The notes beneath the pieces are model-generated. The model did no database searches. It worked only from the letters and a program-made list of their open reading frames with translations, and was not told where the DNA came from. 64,000 nt of DNA from a virus, in the IMG/VR virus record IMGVR_UViG_3300045051_000531; one strand, given 5' to 3'. Positions 8,521-19,203 of this stretch are shown here, piece by piece (within the stretch, counting starts at the first letter, position 1; each line of letters begins with the position of its first letter). Both the position numbers and the translations under genes were made by a program.

Positions 8521-9811
8521 AGCTCGCATCGCGTTGTGCCGTAAGCTGGCCGCTGTCACCGGGTCAGATGCCCTGTATCGCAAGCTCGCAGCTGCGCGAG
8601 CCGCTGGCTTGTTCCCCAATCAGAAGCAGGCCGCGGAACCGCTGGGGGTCCGGATGTACCAGGCCGGGGACGCCGACCGCGCTGCTCGAGAGGCCGACAA
8701 GAAGGCGTTGCTCGAGGCTCAGAAGATGCGCGGTCAGCGTGACCGCGAGATCAACGCGGCGAAACAGGAAGAAGAGGAAGCCGCGTTCCGCTCGAAGATC
8801 ATGGAACAGTTGGAGCAGAAGAACCCCGAGTTCGCCGCGGCTCGCAAAAACTTGAAGGCGTGGCAGGAGGCCGTAACTGCCTATGAGCACGTCCAAAAGA
8901 CTCGAAGCGGCAGACCGGCGATCACCAAAGGTCAGTACGACGATTACGTCAAGAACATCAACAGTACGCAGAGCATGGTGAACCGGGTTTTCAAACAGGC
9001 CGTGGATGAGGCCAGGGCCGCCGAGGCTGCGCAGCCTTCGCAGGCCGCGCAGGCCACACAGCCCAGCGCACCCCCAACAGCCACTGAACCGGCACAGTCG
9101 GAGACCGCACCGCAACCAGCTCCGGTGGCCCAGACCACGGAGCCCAGCCCGGTCCAGTCCGCACAGCCGGAACCGCCGCCGCAGGCTCCTGTGGTCAAGG
9201 CCCCGGAGCCCGTACAGCCGACGGCTCCAGTTGCCGTAGCTCCTGAACCGGAGCCTCCAGCGGAAGAGGAACCCCAGCAGTTCTCGCCCATGGGTGGCGA
9301 CGATCCCGCTGCGATCACATCGAATGTTCCCGCGAAGCCGCCGACGCCGATCTCGACGCCGTCGCAGTCCATGGCGAAGGCGCCGACTCCGAAGCCACCG
9401 AAGATCGAACCCAGCAAGCCGGCTCCGGTTATCGGTGGGAAGTTCGCTGCGCTGAAGCGCAAGCTGGCCGCCGTGATGCCGTTCACAGCGCTTCGTCGTG
9501 CCCAGCGGATCGGCGGTGGTGAGAAGTTCGACTTCGATGCGCTGCGGAAGGCCTACAACACGGGGCCCTATCAGTGGCTAGCCAAGTCGACCGAACAGCC
9601 TGGGAAGCAGAGCGTCGTGTTCCAAGGCGTCGACACCGGGCTCCCGTTCTCGAAGGCTGGGCTCATCGCGGCTGTGAAGGCTGCGTTGGCTGCGAAGGCT
9701 TCTAAGTCTGGTTCGAAGTCCTGGATGGGCAGAGAGGCTCGGGCTGTGCGTCGCGACGCGAAGACCCACGGCCGCCCGCCCGGTCCGAGCGGCGGCGTTC
9801 TGGGGGACTGA
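8507..9811 (+). CDS. Pro/Ala/Gln-rich putative internal head protein
   Basis: LCRKLAA, YRKLAAA, KQAA leader; low-complexity centre. Confidence 0.6.
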   Translation: MPRSKARIALCRKLAAVTGSDALYRKLAAARAAGLFPNQKQAAEPLGVRMYQAGDADRAAREADKKALLEAQKMRGQRDREINAAKQEEEEAAFRSKIMEQLEQKNPEFAAARKNLKAWQEAVTAYEHVQKTRSGRPAITKGQYDDYVKNINSTQSMVNRVFKQAVDEARAAEAAQPSQAAQATQPSAPPTATEPAQSETAPQPAPVAQTTEPSPVQSAQPEPPPQAPVVKAPEPVQPTAPVAVAPEPEPPAEEEPQQFSPMGGDDPAAITSNVPAKPPTPISTPSQSMAKAPTPKPPKIEPSKPAPVIGGKFAALKRKLAAVMPFTALRRAQRIGGGEKFDFDALRKAYNTGPYQWLAKSTEQPGKQSVVFQGVDTGLPFSKAGLIAAVKAALAAKASKSGSKSWMGREARAVRRDAKTHGRPPGPSGGVLGD

Positions 9812-10620
9812 TGCCGAACCTGGCCCTTGAAGGCGTCCGGGCGGTGACCCCGTTGACACAGGGGGCACGTGATCTGAGCTGGCTGCAACCCAGGCACGTC
9901 GATCACGCCGCTCCGCTGTCGGAGCAGCTCTACGATCAGCTCACCGCGGAAGAGCAGATCGCCAACTTGGACGAGGACCGCCGGAACCCGCTGTGGAAGC
10001 GCACCCTGATGCACGCCGGTATCGGTGCCGGTCTCGGTGGTCTCCTGGCTGGCGGCAAGACCTTGGTGGGAACCCACGGGGACTGGTCCTCGGTTCCCGT
10101 TGGTGCCGGTATCGGTGCCGCTTCAGGCGCCGTGCTGGGTGCCGCGTTCACGGGAGCCAAGGAGCTCCTCGCCGGACTCCTGAGGCGTAACGCGAGGCGC
10201 ACGATCCGGGAGTCCTCGCCAACCGCGAAGCTCGTGATGCGGTCGCCACGGTTCCGGTCGCACGTCAGCGACTACGCGTTGTCCGGCTGGCATCCCTGGT
10301 ACGGCGCCGAGCTCGGCCTGTACGCCGGAGCCCTGGGAACCGCAGCCCATGACTGGGTCTCGGGGACCCCGGTGTCCTGGAAGCGCCCCCTGATCGGTGG
10401 TGGCATCGGGGCCGCCGCTGGCGGCCTGCTCGGCTACATCCTGAGCGAACGGAGGCGTAAGAAGCTCCTGCATCGGATCCGGGACAACTTCGGTCGCCAG
10501 GACCGCGCCAGGACGCGCGCCGAGGTCGAGGCCGCCCGCCAGGCTGGCGGAGAGCTTGCCAACGCGGATACCAGGTTGGAAGCTGCTATGCAGCCCGCGT
10601 TCCCGCAGGTCCAGGGGTGA
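9811..10620 (+). CDS. glycine-zipper membrane protein
   Basis: AGIGAGLGGLLAGG, GAGIGAASGAVLGA, GGGIGAAAGGLLGYIL followed by basic RRRKK. Confidence 0.65.
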   Translation: MPNLALEGVRAVTPLTQGARDLSWLQPRHVDHAAPLSEQLYDQLTAEEQIANLDEDRRNPLWKRTLMHAGIGAGLGGLLAGGKTLVGTHGDWSSVPVGAGIGAASGAVLGAAFTGAKELLAGLLRRNARRTIRESSPTAKLVMRSPRFRSHVSDYALSGWHPWYGAELGLYAGALGTAAHDWVSGTPVSWKRPLIGGGIGAAAGGLLGYILSERRRKKLLHRIRDNFGRQDRARTRAEVEAARQAGGELANADTRLEAAMQPAFPQVQG

Positions 10621-10621
10621 C

Positions 10622-11437
10622 ATGCTGATCTCCAGGCAGGGACAGTTCGGACCCATCGAGCTTCGTGATACCCTCACGACGCGCGAGATCCTGTTGAACG
10701 GGCAGTGCCAGGGCGGCGCCCTGCTGACCCCGTCGGCTCGGTGCGTCGACGACGAGCTCCCTGACGACGCCCCGGGTCCAGTCGCGGCGTCTTCGTACGC
10801 CATGGGATGGCTCCACGCGGGCGTCCACAACCGCAACGGCTCAGGAATCATGATCGGACTGGGTTCCGGGGCCGGTGCCGTACAACTCCTCCAGAACTTC
10901 CCGCAAATCGATCTGACGGTCATCGAGGTTGACCCCGTCATGGTCACCGTGGCCCTGGCTGGGTTCCCCCTGCTGCACTGGTACATGAACCAGGGCAGGT
11001 TGAACATCGTGGTCGCCGATGCCACGAAGTATCTGGAATCCCGGTATGACGTCTGGGACTTCGCGTGCGCCGACGCCTACACCGGTTCGAACGAACTCGT
11101 TCCGGACTACATCCCGCTGCTTTGTGACCGCGCGGACAACATCTACTTCAACGTCATCGACACCCTCGATGGGCCCCTGTTGGAGGGCCTCCAGGACTAC
11201 CTGGCCCGGAAGCGTATGGAGCCCGTGGCTGGGCTCTTCAAGGCGATGCCGTGGGACCGCTACGACAACTACCCCTTCGGGGCTCGTTCGAACTGGATCC
11301 TGACGACGCAGCCCACGGACTGGGCGACCGCGGGTCACTTCCTGCCGTTCGCTGACATCCGGGATCCCAACGTGGCCACGGCACAGCGGACCTGGGATGC
11401 CTTCCTGGCACACGGAGTCACGTCGGATAGCGAATAG
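10622..11437 (+). CDS. spermidine-synthase-like SAM-dependent transferase
   Basis: REILLNGQCQG; IGLGSGAG; LTVIEVDP; NIVVADATKYL; DFACADAY; start taken at ATG 10622. Confidence 0.75.
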   Translation: MLISRQGQFGPIELRDTLTTREILLNGQCQGGALLTPSARCVDDELPDDAPGPVAASSYAMGWLHAGVHNRNGSGIMIGLGSGAGAVQLLQNFPQIDLTVIEVDPVMVTVALAGFPLLHWYMNQGRLNIVVADATKYLESRYDVWDFACADAYTGSNELVPDYIPLLCDRADNIYFNVIDTLDGPLLEGLQDYLARKRMEPVAGLFKAMPWDRYDNYPFGARSNWILTTQPTDWATAGHFLPFADIRDPNVATAQRTWDAFLAHGVTSDSE

Positions 11438-11441
11438 CCTG

Positions 11442-11470
11442 TTGCGAAAAGCTATGGCTACCACTACGAT
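11442..11470 (+). promoter_or_regulatory. sigma70-like promoter TTGCGA-N17-TACGAT
   Basis: spacing counted; ACCACTACG shared with promoter at 43640. Confidence 0.55.
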
Positions 11471-11491
11471 CCTGGCTCACAGGAGTTCCCC

Positions 11492-12442
11492 ATGGCTGAC
11501 CAGCGCCCAGTGATCGATACCCCACGCGCGTTCAGCGAAGGTGAAATCGCGGCTTCCATCGCGGCGGGCTCCGACCTCAGTGTTCCCTTGGAGAGCCGTC
11601 CCGCGACGAGCCCCCGGGTCCAGGGGGTCGTCATCGCCGACGCCGGGCGTCCCACGGAACGCTCCGCGGCCAAGGTCATCGACTTCGACAAGAACGACCG
11701 CTTCAAGCCGAACACCTCGGTGATCTCGCGGTCCTCACAACCCCTGGCCGAGATCCCGGTGCAGCGGGTCTACCTGCCTGAGAAGGGCCAGAAGGGTGAC
11801 ACGGTAATCGAAGATGCTGGCGTCCAGGCCGTCACCACGGGGACCAGGCAGGTCCTCCCGGCCGCTGCGTTGTCGGCGCGTCCGGCTCCAGCTGACGGCA
11901 CCGTCGGTGGCATGACACCCGACGTCGAGATCTCCGAGGCCCCACGGCGTGCCGCGATCCTGAACCCGGGTGCCGAGCACGCCGTTGGGGTCCAGCCCGT
12001 GGTCAGACAGGAGACCCGGTTGAGCTCGTTGACCCCAGTTCGTCCACAGGGGGCCCCCGTGATGCAGAAGCAGGCCGAGGTCCAGCCTGCGGCGCCAGCC
12101 GCGCCGTCGGTTCAGTTGCAGGGTCTCGCTGGCGGTATCGGTATTGCGCAGATGACCCCAGCGGTTCCGCAGAAGCAGCGCGTCACGATCTCGTCGCCGA
12201 CGATCGGGAAGCATCGGATCCGGGTCGATTTCGTCGGTGTGAGCTCATCAGTTGTCGTGTTGGCGTACCTGAACACCGATGACGCCGTGATCTTCGAACC
12301 ACCGGCTGGTGGTGTCGAGAACCCGTTGACCGTCGAGTTCAACGAGAAGTCGTACACCTGCGCGTACCACGGGTTCTCCGTGGAAATGTCGTACGGCCCC
12401 TATGCGGTCTTCCAGGTTGTCCTTACCCGTATCGACGAGTAA
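11492..12442 (+). CDS. hypothetical protein upstream of portal
   Basis: RBS AGGAG; disordered N-terminus, compact beta-rich C-terminal domain. Confidence 0.6.
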   Translation: MADQRPVIDTPRAFSEGEIAASIAAGSDLSVPLESRPATSPRVQGVVIADAGRPTERSAAKVIDFDKNDRFKPNTSVISRSSQPLAEIPVQRVYLPEKGQKGDTVIEDAGVQAVTTGTRQVLPAAALSARPAPADGTVGGMTPDVEISEAPRRAAILNPGAEHAVGVQPVVRQETRLSSLTPVRPQGAPVMQKQAEVQPAAPAAPSVQLQGLAGGIGIAQMTPAVPQKQRVTISSPTIGKHRIRVDFVGVSSSVVVLAYLNTDDAVIFEPPAGGVENPLTVEFNEKSYTCAYHGFSVEMSYGPYAVFQVVLTRIDE

Positions 12443-12445
12443 GCT
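12417..12445 (+). promoter_or_regulatory. sigma70-like promoter TTGTCC-N17-TAAGCT upstream of portal
   Basis: spacing counted; -10 overlaps the upstream stop codon. Confidence 0.4.
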
Positions 12446-12454
12446 GAGGCCCTC

Positions 12455-14326
12455 ATGAGCGGTCTGGATTCACTGATCCCGGCAATGAGCCAGCAGATGC
12501 AGGGCTCAACGACGGCGCCCAACAACAAGCCGTTCATGACGCCGTGGTTGGACTACTCCACCGTCACGGTTCCCGACAACCACGAACTCGTGATGTGGTG
12601 GGCCCAGTACCTCTGGCTCACCGATGGCAACTTCCGTACCGCGATGGAGCGCGTCGCTGCCCACTTCATGACGGTGTTGGAGTTCCCGGATCTGGAGCCC
12701 GATGAGGAATCCAGCTGGAAGGACTTCTTCAACAACGAGATCAACTATCGCCGCGAGCTGATGTCGGTGGCGTACGATTTCCTGGCGTACGGGAACTGCT
12801 TTGTGTCGCCGTACCTGCCGTTCAAGCGGTTCATGCGGTGCCAGAAGTGCTTCCTGGAACAGCCCATCGATCGCGTCGACTACAACCTGGAGTTCTCGGC
12901 TGTGAAGCCGTACGTGAAGTGGCATCGCAAGCACAGCTGCCCGCGCTGTGACGACACCGGGGATTACGAGGTCCTCGATCGTCGGGATCGCACGCTGTCC
13001 AAGATCAAGCTGAACCGCTATGACCCCGCCGAGATCGAGCTCGCCCAGAACCGGTTCAGCCTGCGCAAGGACGTCTACTGGAAGATCCCCGAGGAGACCC
13101 GGCGTGACATCCTGGAGAAAGCCAGGATCCACATCGATGATACCCCGTTGGAGGTTCTCGAAGCCGTTGCCGTGAATGGTCGGCTCTGCTTCGAGGAGGA
13201 CATGATCCTCCACATCGATGAGCCCATCATCTCTGGCGTCAGGTCGCGTGGCTGGGGTCTGCCGCGTTCGATCTCGAACTTCAGGACTGCCTGGCTCCAG
13301 CAGCTCATCAACAAGACCGACCAGGCCGTCGCCATCGACTACACCCTGGGCATGCGCGTCCTGTCGCCGGCTCCGACCCCAGGCGGTCAGGATCCCATGG
13401 TGACCACGGGCATGGAACAGTTCGTGACCCGCATCAAGAGCATGGTGCAGGAACACCGCAACAATCCAGCTAGCTATCACACGGCGCCATATCCGATTCA
13501 GTACCAGTTCCTCGGCGGCGAAGGTGGCACTCTGATGCCGCCCGAGAAGCTGAAGTTCCGTCAGCAGGAGTACCTGAACCAGCTGGGTGTCCCGTTGGAA
13601 TACCACCAGATGAATCTGAGCACGCAGGCCGCCCCGATGGCACTGCGGCTCTTCGAGTCGTACTGGCAGGTCGTCCCGACGGCGTACAACCGTGTCCTGG
13701 ACTGGCTCGTCGATATCCTGAGCAAGGTCTACGGCATGGAGCCGACCAAGGTCAGGATGCAGAAGACCACCATCGCGGACGACATGGAGCGCAAGGCAGT
13801 CCTGCTCCAGCTCATGTCGGCGAACCAGCTCTCCCCACAGACCGCGCTGCAGCCGTTCGGGATCGATGCCCACGACGAGGTCAAGAAGGTCATCCGGCAC
13901 CAGGAGTTCGTGTCGCGTCAGCAGGACGCCCAGGCCGAGAAGGACGCCCAGCGCGAAGAGATGGGTGCCCTGCGCAGCATGACGGCACAGCCCAGCCCGG
14001 CGACCCTGCAGGCCCAGCAGGCCCAGGCTGCCGCTGGGGCGGCTGGTCCAGCGGGCGCCCCCATGGGTGGCATGCCCACAGGCGGCATGCCTGGGGTCCA
14101 GAGCCAGACGCCGTCATCACTTGGCGAGATGTCCGAGCAGGCCCAGGGGATCGCGCAGCAGCTCGTCACCATGGACGACTACAGCCGAAAGGGCGAGCTC
14201 AAGGCGCTGCGCGAGGGCAACAAGGACCTCCACGCCCTCGTCATGCAGAACCTCGACGACCTCCGCAGCCAGGCCAAGAGCCAGGGTGGCCAGATGCTGT
14301 TGAGTGGCGGCATGCCCGCGGCTTAG
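12455..14326 (+). CDS. portal protein (probable)
   Basis: 623 aa, DFLAYGNCFVSP and RGWGLP motifs typical of portals, inserted CxxC..CxxC, position in head module. Confidence 0.65.
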   Translation: MSGLDSLIPAMSQQMQGSTTAPNNKPFMTPWLDYSTVTVPDNHELVMWWAQYLWLTDGNFRTAMERVAAHFMTVLEFPDLEPDEESSWKDFFNNEINYRRELMSVAYDFLAYGNCFVSPYLPFKRFMRCQKCFLEQPIDRVDYNLEFSAVKPYVKWHRKHSCPRCDDTGDYEVLDRRDRTLSKIKLNRYDPAEIELAQNRFSLRKDVYWKIPEETRRDILEKARIHIDDTPLEVLEAVAVNGRLCFEEDMILHIDEPIISGVRSRGWGLPRSISNFRTAWLQQLINKTDQAVAIDYTLGMRVLSPAPTPGGQDPMVTTGMEQFVTRIKSMVQEHRNNPASYHTAPYPIQYQFLGGEGGTLMPPEKLKFRQQEYLNQLGVPLEYHQMNLSTQAAPMALRLFESYWQVVPTAYNRVLDWLVDILSKVYGMEPTKVRMQKTTIADDMERKAVLLQLMSANQLSPQTALQPFGIDAHDEVKKVIRHQEFVSRQQDAQAEKDAQREEMGALRSMTAQPSPATLQAQQAQAAAGAAGPAGAPMGGMPTGGMPGVQSQTPSSLGEMSEQAQGIAQQLVTMDDYSRKGELKALREGNKDLHALVMQNLDDLRSQAKSQGGQMLLSGGMPAA

Positions 14327-14395
14327 TGAAGGTCACCCTTTCCATAGCGTTGGAAGCTGCATAAGGTTGTGGCACCGCACTAAAGGATCCCGCCG

Positions 14396-14989
14396 ATGCC
14401 TACGTCCCCGTTGTGCCGCAAGCTGGCCAGTGTTCTGCAGACCAAGACCGCCGCCAAGTTCCGGTGGAGCGCGGATCCCGCACAGCTGACGGTGCCTGCG
14501 CACCCGCTGAAGCCGGGATCGTACATGCCGGAACCGGAAGGTTCGACCAAGCCGGTCCTGGGTTCCATGAAGATGCCGGACCTCGGACACGGTGGCCCGG
14601 TGCGCCCGTACAGGCCAAGCCTTGGCGACCGCGGTCGTGATGCCGCCAGTCTCGCAATCCTGCTTGGGCTCCCCGTGGCTGGAGCGGCTGGAATCGCTGG
14701 TGCCGGGTACGCAGCTGGTCGAGCTGGCTCAGAAGGTACCCCGGTTGAACCGCCCGTCACGCCGGCAGCGGATCCGCCGGCGAAGCCGAAGCCGCCGGTG
14801 AAGCCGCCTGTCAAGACTCCAGTCGTCCCGGGTGCCGCACTTGAAGAGCCCGGCATGCTGGATCAGGCCTGGAGCTACGCCAAGGAGAACCCGTGGCAGG
14901 CCGCTGGCATCGGCGTCGCTGGTGCCGCTGGTGTCGCCGGAGCCGTCATGCTGCTCAAGAAGCTTCTGAGCAAGAACCGCGACGAGTAA
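14396..14989 (+). CDS. membrane-anchored putative internal head protein
   Basis: LCRKLASVLQTKTAA leader; C-terminal KENPWQAAGIGVAG anchor. Confidence 0.6.
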   Translation: MPTSPLCRKLASVLQTKTAAKFRWSADPAQLTVPAHPLKPGSYMPEPEGSTKPVLGSMKMPDLGHGGPVRPYRPSLGDRGRDAASLAILLGLPVAGAAGIAGAGYAAGRAGSEGTPVEPPVTPAADPPAKPKPPVKPPVKTPVVPGAALEEPGMLDQAWSYAKENPWQAAGIGVAGAAGVAGAVMLLKKLLSKNRDE

Positions 14990-15005
14990 ACGTCGAGAGG
15001 GCTCC

Positions 15006-17912
15006 GTGACCACGAAGCCAGTCCGTCAGGTCGAGCGACCACGACGCGCTACGTTGCGCGGTGTCAGGGAGCGTGACGCCGTTGATCAGATCAACACCCT
15101 GAATCTGCAGGGTCCCAGGTCGGCGAAGCTCGATCTGAACAAGCTCCTCAAGGACGCCTGTGCGAAGGCCGTTAAGCAGGCACAGCAGGCGCCATCGCCG
15201 GACCCCAAGAAGCCCGGTGCCTACGAGGGTCCCGAGGTCCGTGCCCTGTTGGATCGCATCGGGCAGGTCTTCGAGAGCAACGATCAGGATTATTTCACGA
15301 AGAACGGAACGACACGTTCGGCGTGGGTACTGAACACCGCGCAGGACCCCTGGCAGACTGCCTCGGTGTTCAAGAACTTCGGCAGGATCACGCGGACCCC
15401 GTTGTTCGAAGATCTCGCCACGATGATCGCGGGTTACCAGCAGAGCCAGGCCGGTATCGAACATGGTGAAGGTCGACAGCAGCGCATGCAGCGGTTCGCG
15501 GAACCCGAGCAGGCCGTGCAGGCGGGAACCAAGGATTACGGGATCAACCGCAACGCGTATCAAACCAGGATGGCTCAGGAGTCCACGGTCCTGGAAGCTT
15601 TCAACCAGGCCGGTAACGCGGTTGACCTCGTCGTTCCAGGCAAGGTTGTCAGTTTCATCGCCAACTATGGCCCCGATATAGCGGCTGCGACGTGGGCTAA
15701 GGTTCGGGGTGATGCCGTGCATCCCGGGCACGCCGAGTTCGAGCACCCCGAGCTCCGGCCATTCATTCCGTTGGCGAATAGCACGATGGATGTCATCGAG
15801 GCGCGTGAAAGCGTGGCCAGGCTGGAGAACGCGCAACGTCGTGGCGAAGCCATCGATCGGACCGCGTTGGACTCCGCTAAGAAGCGGGAAGCTCTCGCTG
15901 AGCAGGGCGTCGTCGAGGCCTCCAAGCAGGTCCCACAGCGTAAGATCGAGGCATCAAAGGAGAGCGCCTGGAACGGTATCGCAGAGACCGCGTCTAAACT
16001 CGGGGCTCTGCCGACGTTGGCGATGTCGCCAACCGCGATGCCAGCGATCTCGTTTCTGATGGAGTTCACGCTGACTCCGAATCTGGCCAATGCGCAGGCT
16101 TTGAAGGCGCTGGAGTCTGATACCGCGATGCTTGGGCTGCAGGATCCCAAGCTGGCCGGTCGTGTCCTGTTGTCCGAGATCGACGGGATCCCAGCTGGTA
16201 CCGAGTTGACGCCTGAGGTCGTCCAGAAATTGAGCGCGACACATGGAACCGCTCTGATCCCAACGATCACACCAGAAGGATCCAGGCAGCTCCAAGCTGC
16301 TTATCAGGCCAACGCGCCAGATGCCCAGAAGGCTGGAGCCGCCGGGGTCCAGGCGATGTTCGATATCGTCGGTGCCCACATGGTGCGTGGCGCGATGTAC
16401 GATGTCGCCTCGAACATGCGGGTCTCGCGAAACACGTCTCCCATGTTGAAGAGCTTCGTGACGGCGGCGCGTACCCAGCTCGGGCGGGCCACCGCTGGAC
16501 AGCGGGTCGCGACCTGGGCCGGTAACAAGTTGGCTGCGAAGGCGGGTGCCGTGGCGAGGTTCGGGGCTCAGGCGATCGGACATCTTGCCCAGGACGTCCC
16601 GGGTGCGGCGCGCGTCGGTAAGGCGCTCGAGCAGCTCTCCCGGATTGGTAAGCTTCCTGCTGCCGCAGCATCTCGAGCGGAGCGGTTAGCTGCGCTCGGT
16701 CGGCTCGGCGGTGTTGGAGCCCGGCTGGCTACAGGTGGAGCCGTGGTAAGCGCCGGGCTCGCGGCTCGCGAAGCCATCCTGTCTGGTACAGAGCAAGGCA
16801 AGTATCAGCACGAGCAAGGTCTCCGCGACCTCGCGGCCTCCGATGCGGAGACCTCGTGGGGACGCCAGGTTGGCCGAGATCTTGCCGCGATTCCGGAGTC
16901 CCTGTTCTGGAGCACGGAGCACGCCAAGGCCAGGCTTGGTGAATGGATGGGGTCCCGCGGATTCGGAGACCCTGAGTACGCCAGGATCTACAGGGAAGCT
17001 CTCGATGAGGCCCGGTTCAACCAGGATCTCGGGAAGCAGTACGAAGTCGCCCTGGCTGACGTCGAAAAGATGATGCCAGGTCTGAGCCAGACCAGGTACC
17101 ACGAGCTCGCCAGTGAGATGGCATTGAACCGGACCGGCACGGCACGTGGGCTGATTCCGCGGCAGCGTCAGGTCAGTGAGTACGAACGTGCCTTCCTGGA
17201 GTCGCCAGTAGGCGAAGCGTTGCCGCCGGAGAACAAGGCGCGCGCCGTTCAGATCCTGCGTGAAGTCGGCCCAGAGGTGTTCCACAACACATTCTTCTAC
17301 GGGGACAGCATCCCCGACAAGCCGACCTGGGCTGCTCTGCATCACGGGCTCCAGGCCCAGGTCCCCGATCGTCTCGCCGAGTTCAATGTGAGCTGGCGGG
17401 ATCCCGTCGAAGATCGGATCGCGGCTCAGGAAGCCAAGGTTCAGCAGACCAGGCAGGTCGCCCAGAACGCCGCGGAGACCCAGGAGATCAGTGCGGCAAC
17501 CCAGCAGGCCCGAGCGGAGACCCAGCAGTCCGCGGTTCAGTCCCAGCAGCGCGCCCAGCAGTCCGAGGCTGACCTGGCGGCGAGGTCCCAGCAGCAGGCC
17601 GAACAGCTCGCTCGTGATAAAGCTCTGACGCAGCAGAAATTGAGAGCGCAGGAGTCCGAGCAGGCCGCGTTCATGGCTGCACTGGATTCCCAGCAGGCTC
17701 GCTCCGTTCGTCAGGATCAGGCGTTTGCCGCGAAGCACCCCGGGCCAGCCCAGCAGCCCCAGCTTCCCGAGTTGCCGCAGCCAGCTGTTGCGGCCGTTCC
17801 AGGCGCCAGTGTTGATTCAGCCCCTACGGGTACCGATAATCCTACCACGGCGTCGAAACCGGCGCGGCTCGACGTCACGAAGTACCTCCCGAAGACCCCG
17901 GCCCCGATCTAG
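15006..17912 (+). CDS. large helical Ala/Gln-rich virion protein (968 aa; ejection or tape-measure candidate)
   Basis: long ORF, helical composition, KQA after N-terminal segment, coiled-coil Q-rich C-terminus. Confidence 0.6.
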   Translation: MTTKPVRQVERPRRATLRGVRERDAVDQINTLNLQGPRSAKLDLNKLLKDACAKAVKQAQQAPSPDPKKPGAYEGPEVRALLDRIGQVFESNDQDYFTKNGTTRSAWVLNTAQDPWQTASVFKNFGRITRTPLFEDLATMIAGYQQSQAGIEHGEGRQQRMQRFAEPEQAVQAGTKDYGINRNAYQTRMAQESTVLEAFNQAGNAVDLVVPGKVVSFIANYGPDIAAATWAKVRGDAVHPGHAEFEHPELRPFIPLANSTMDVIEARESVARLENAQRRGEAIDRTALDSAKKREALAEQGVVEASKQVPQRKIEASKESAWNGIAETASKLGALPTLAMSPTAMPAISFLMEFTLTPNLANAQALKALESDTAMLGLQDPKLAGRVLLSEIDGIPAGTELTPEVVQKLSATHGTALIPTITPEGSRQLQAAYQANAPDAQKAGAAGVQAMFDIVGAHMVRGAMYDVASNMRVSRNTSPMLKSFVTAARTQLGRATAGQRVATWAGNKLAAKAGAVARFGAQAIGHLAQDVPGAARVGKALEQLSRIGKLPAAAASRAERLAALGRLGGVGARLATGGAVVSAGLAAREAILSGTEQGKYQHEQGLRDLAASDAETSWGRQVGRDLAAIPESLFWSTEHAKARLGEWMGSRGFGDPEYARIYREALDEARFNQDLGKQYEVALADVEKMMPGLSQTRYHELASEMALNRTGTARGLIPRQRQVSEYERAFLESPVGEALPPENKARAVQILREVGPEVFHNTFFYGDSIPDKPTWAALHHGLQAQVPDRLAEFNVSWRDPVEDRIAAQEAKVQQTRQVAQNAAETQEISAATQQARAETQQSAVQSQQRAQQSEADLAARSQQQAEQLARDKALTQQKLRAQESEQAAFMAALDSQQARSVRQDQAFAAKHPGPAQQPQLPELPQPAVAAVPGASVDSAPTGTDNPTTASKPARLDVTKYLPKTPAPI

Positions 17913-17922
17913 GACCTCAGAC

Positions 17923-19197
17923 ATGTCAACGCTGTTGCAAAATCAGGTCAAGCTGGCCCTCGCTCGAGTCGTCGCAGATCGAGTTGCCAAGAAGGTGGCG
18001 GCAGAGGGTGAAGGCTTCTTCGCACCGTTCCAGAAGGCGCTCGATCTGGTCCAGCCCCCGAAGCCCGCTGTTCCGGCTAAGAGCCCCGTGACTCCGGTTC
18101 CGGTGCCGAAGCCGGCAGTTCCAGCGGCGGCTGCCCCGCCAGCGGCTCCTGCGGTTCCCCTGGCTCCGGTCAGCGACCCAGCCCCGGTTCCTCCGGCTCC
18201 AGCTAAGCCGGTCACGGCACCTGGACCAGCTGCCACGACCCCCAGCGACGCGATTGCCGCACAGACCGCAGCGGCGCAGGCAGCGTCGGCTCAGGCTCCG
18301 ATGCGCGGCGGGAAGCCGGCGCCGGCGGAAGCCGCGGCACCGGCCACACCGCCGGTCCCAGCTCCAGCTTCTACCCAGCCGCCGGCGTTGCCTGATGAAG
18401 GGAAAGCTCCGAACACGGTTGCGGCTGCAGTCGAGGCCGCCAATGACCCCAAGCAGTTCGAAGAGGCGCTCAAGCAGCACAAAGCGAAGTTTGATGCTGA
18501 TCGCGGGGCGATCACCCAGGAGACCGCTGCAATCGCGGATGCCGTGGTGAAGAATCCAGCGGGGTCCGGGTTCGGCGACTGGGTGACCAGTAACTGGCAG
18601 AACTTCCTGATCCCAGCCGGCATCCTGGCGTTCGCGTTCGGTGGAACTGTTGGCGGTGAGAAGGGCGACATCATCGGCAAGGTTCTCGGAGCCCTGGCGA
18701 TCGGTGCTGGTGGCTACAACCTGTACAAGCGGTACGGGAACATCACCGAGGACCCCGAGCAGGCCGAACCGGGTTCGGCACGGCGCGCCGAGCTTGAGGA
18801 CATCCAAGCCGGGATCCGGACCGCGCTGTTCCAGCAGAAGGACGACGGCACCAAGGCCCCGTTCTACAATCCAGCCGCGGCCTACGACGAGCTGGTCGCT
18901 GGTGCAGGCGGCAATCCCGAGGTTCTGAAGCGGCTCGAGGCCAACAAGGCCTCGATCATCCAGGGCATCCAGGATGTCAGGCTCGCCGCTGGCCTCGGGT
19001 TCACAGACAAGATCATCGCGAAGCTCAAGCAGGGCGAGCAGGCCGTATTAGGGAGCCTCGACGCAGCCGAGGCTGCTCAGCGTCCGAAGGCCCCTGCCGC
19101 GCCGAAGCCGGTGGCCTCAGCACCGGCTGCGACGGCTGGTACGGGTGCAACGCAGACCCCGCGGGCCGGTGGTCCGGCTACGCGGATTCCTGGCTGA
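17923..19197 (+). CDS. Pro/Ala-rich protein with TM hairpin, putative internal head protein
   Basis: MSTLLQNQVKLAL..KKVAAE leader; FLIPAGILAFAFGG / VLGALAIGAGGY; start at ATG 17923. Confidence 0.6.
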   Translation: MSTLLQNQVKLALARVVADRVAKKVAAEGEGFFAPFQKALDLVQPPKPAVPAKSPVTPVPVPKPAVPAAAAPPAAPAVPLAPVSDPAPVPPAPAKPVTAPGPAATTPSDAIAAQTAAAQAASAQAPMRGGKPAPAEAAAPATPPVPAPASTQPPALPDEGKAPNTVAAAVEAANDPKQFEEALKQHKAKFDADRGAITQETAAIADAVVKNPAGSGFGDWVTSNWQNFLIPAGILAFAFGGTVGGEKGDIIGKVLGALAIGAGGYNLYKRYGNITEDPEQAEPGSARRAELEDIQAGIRTALFQQKDDGTKAPFYNPAAAYDELVAGAGGNPEVLKRLEANKASIIQGIQDVRLAAGLGFTDKIIAKLKQGEQAVLGSLDAAEAAQRPKAPAAPKPVASAPAATAGTGATQTPRAGGPATRIPG

Positions 19198-19203
19198 TAG
19201 CCC

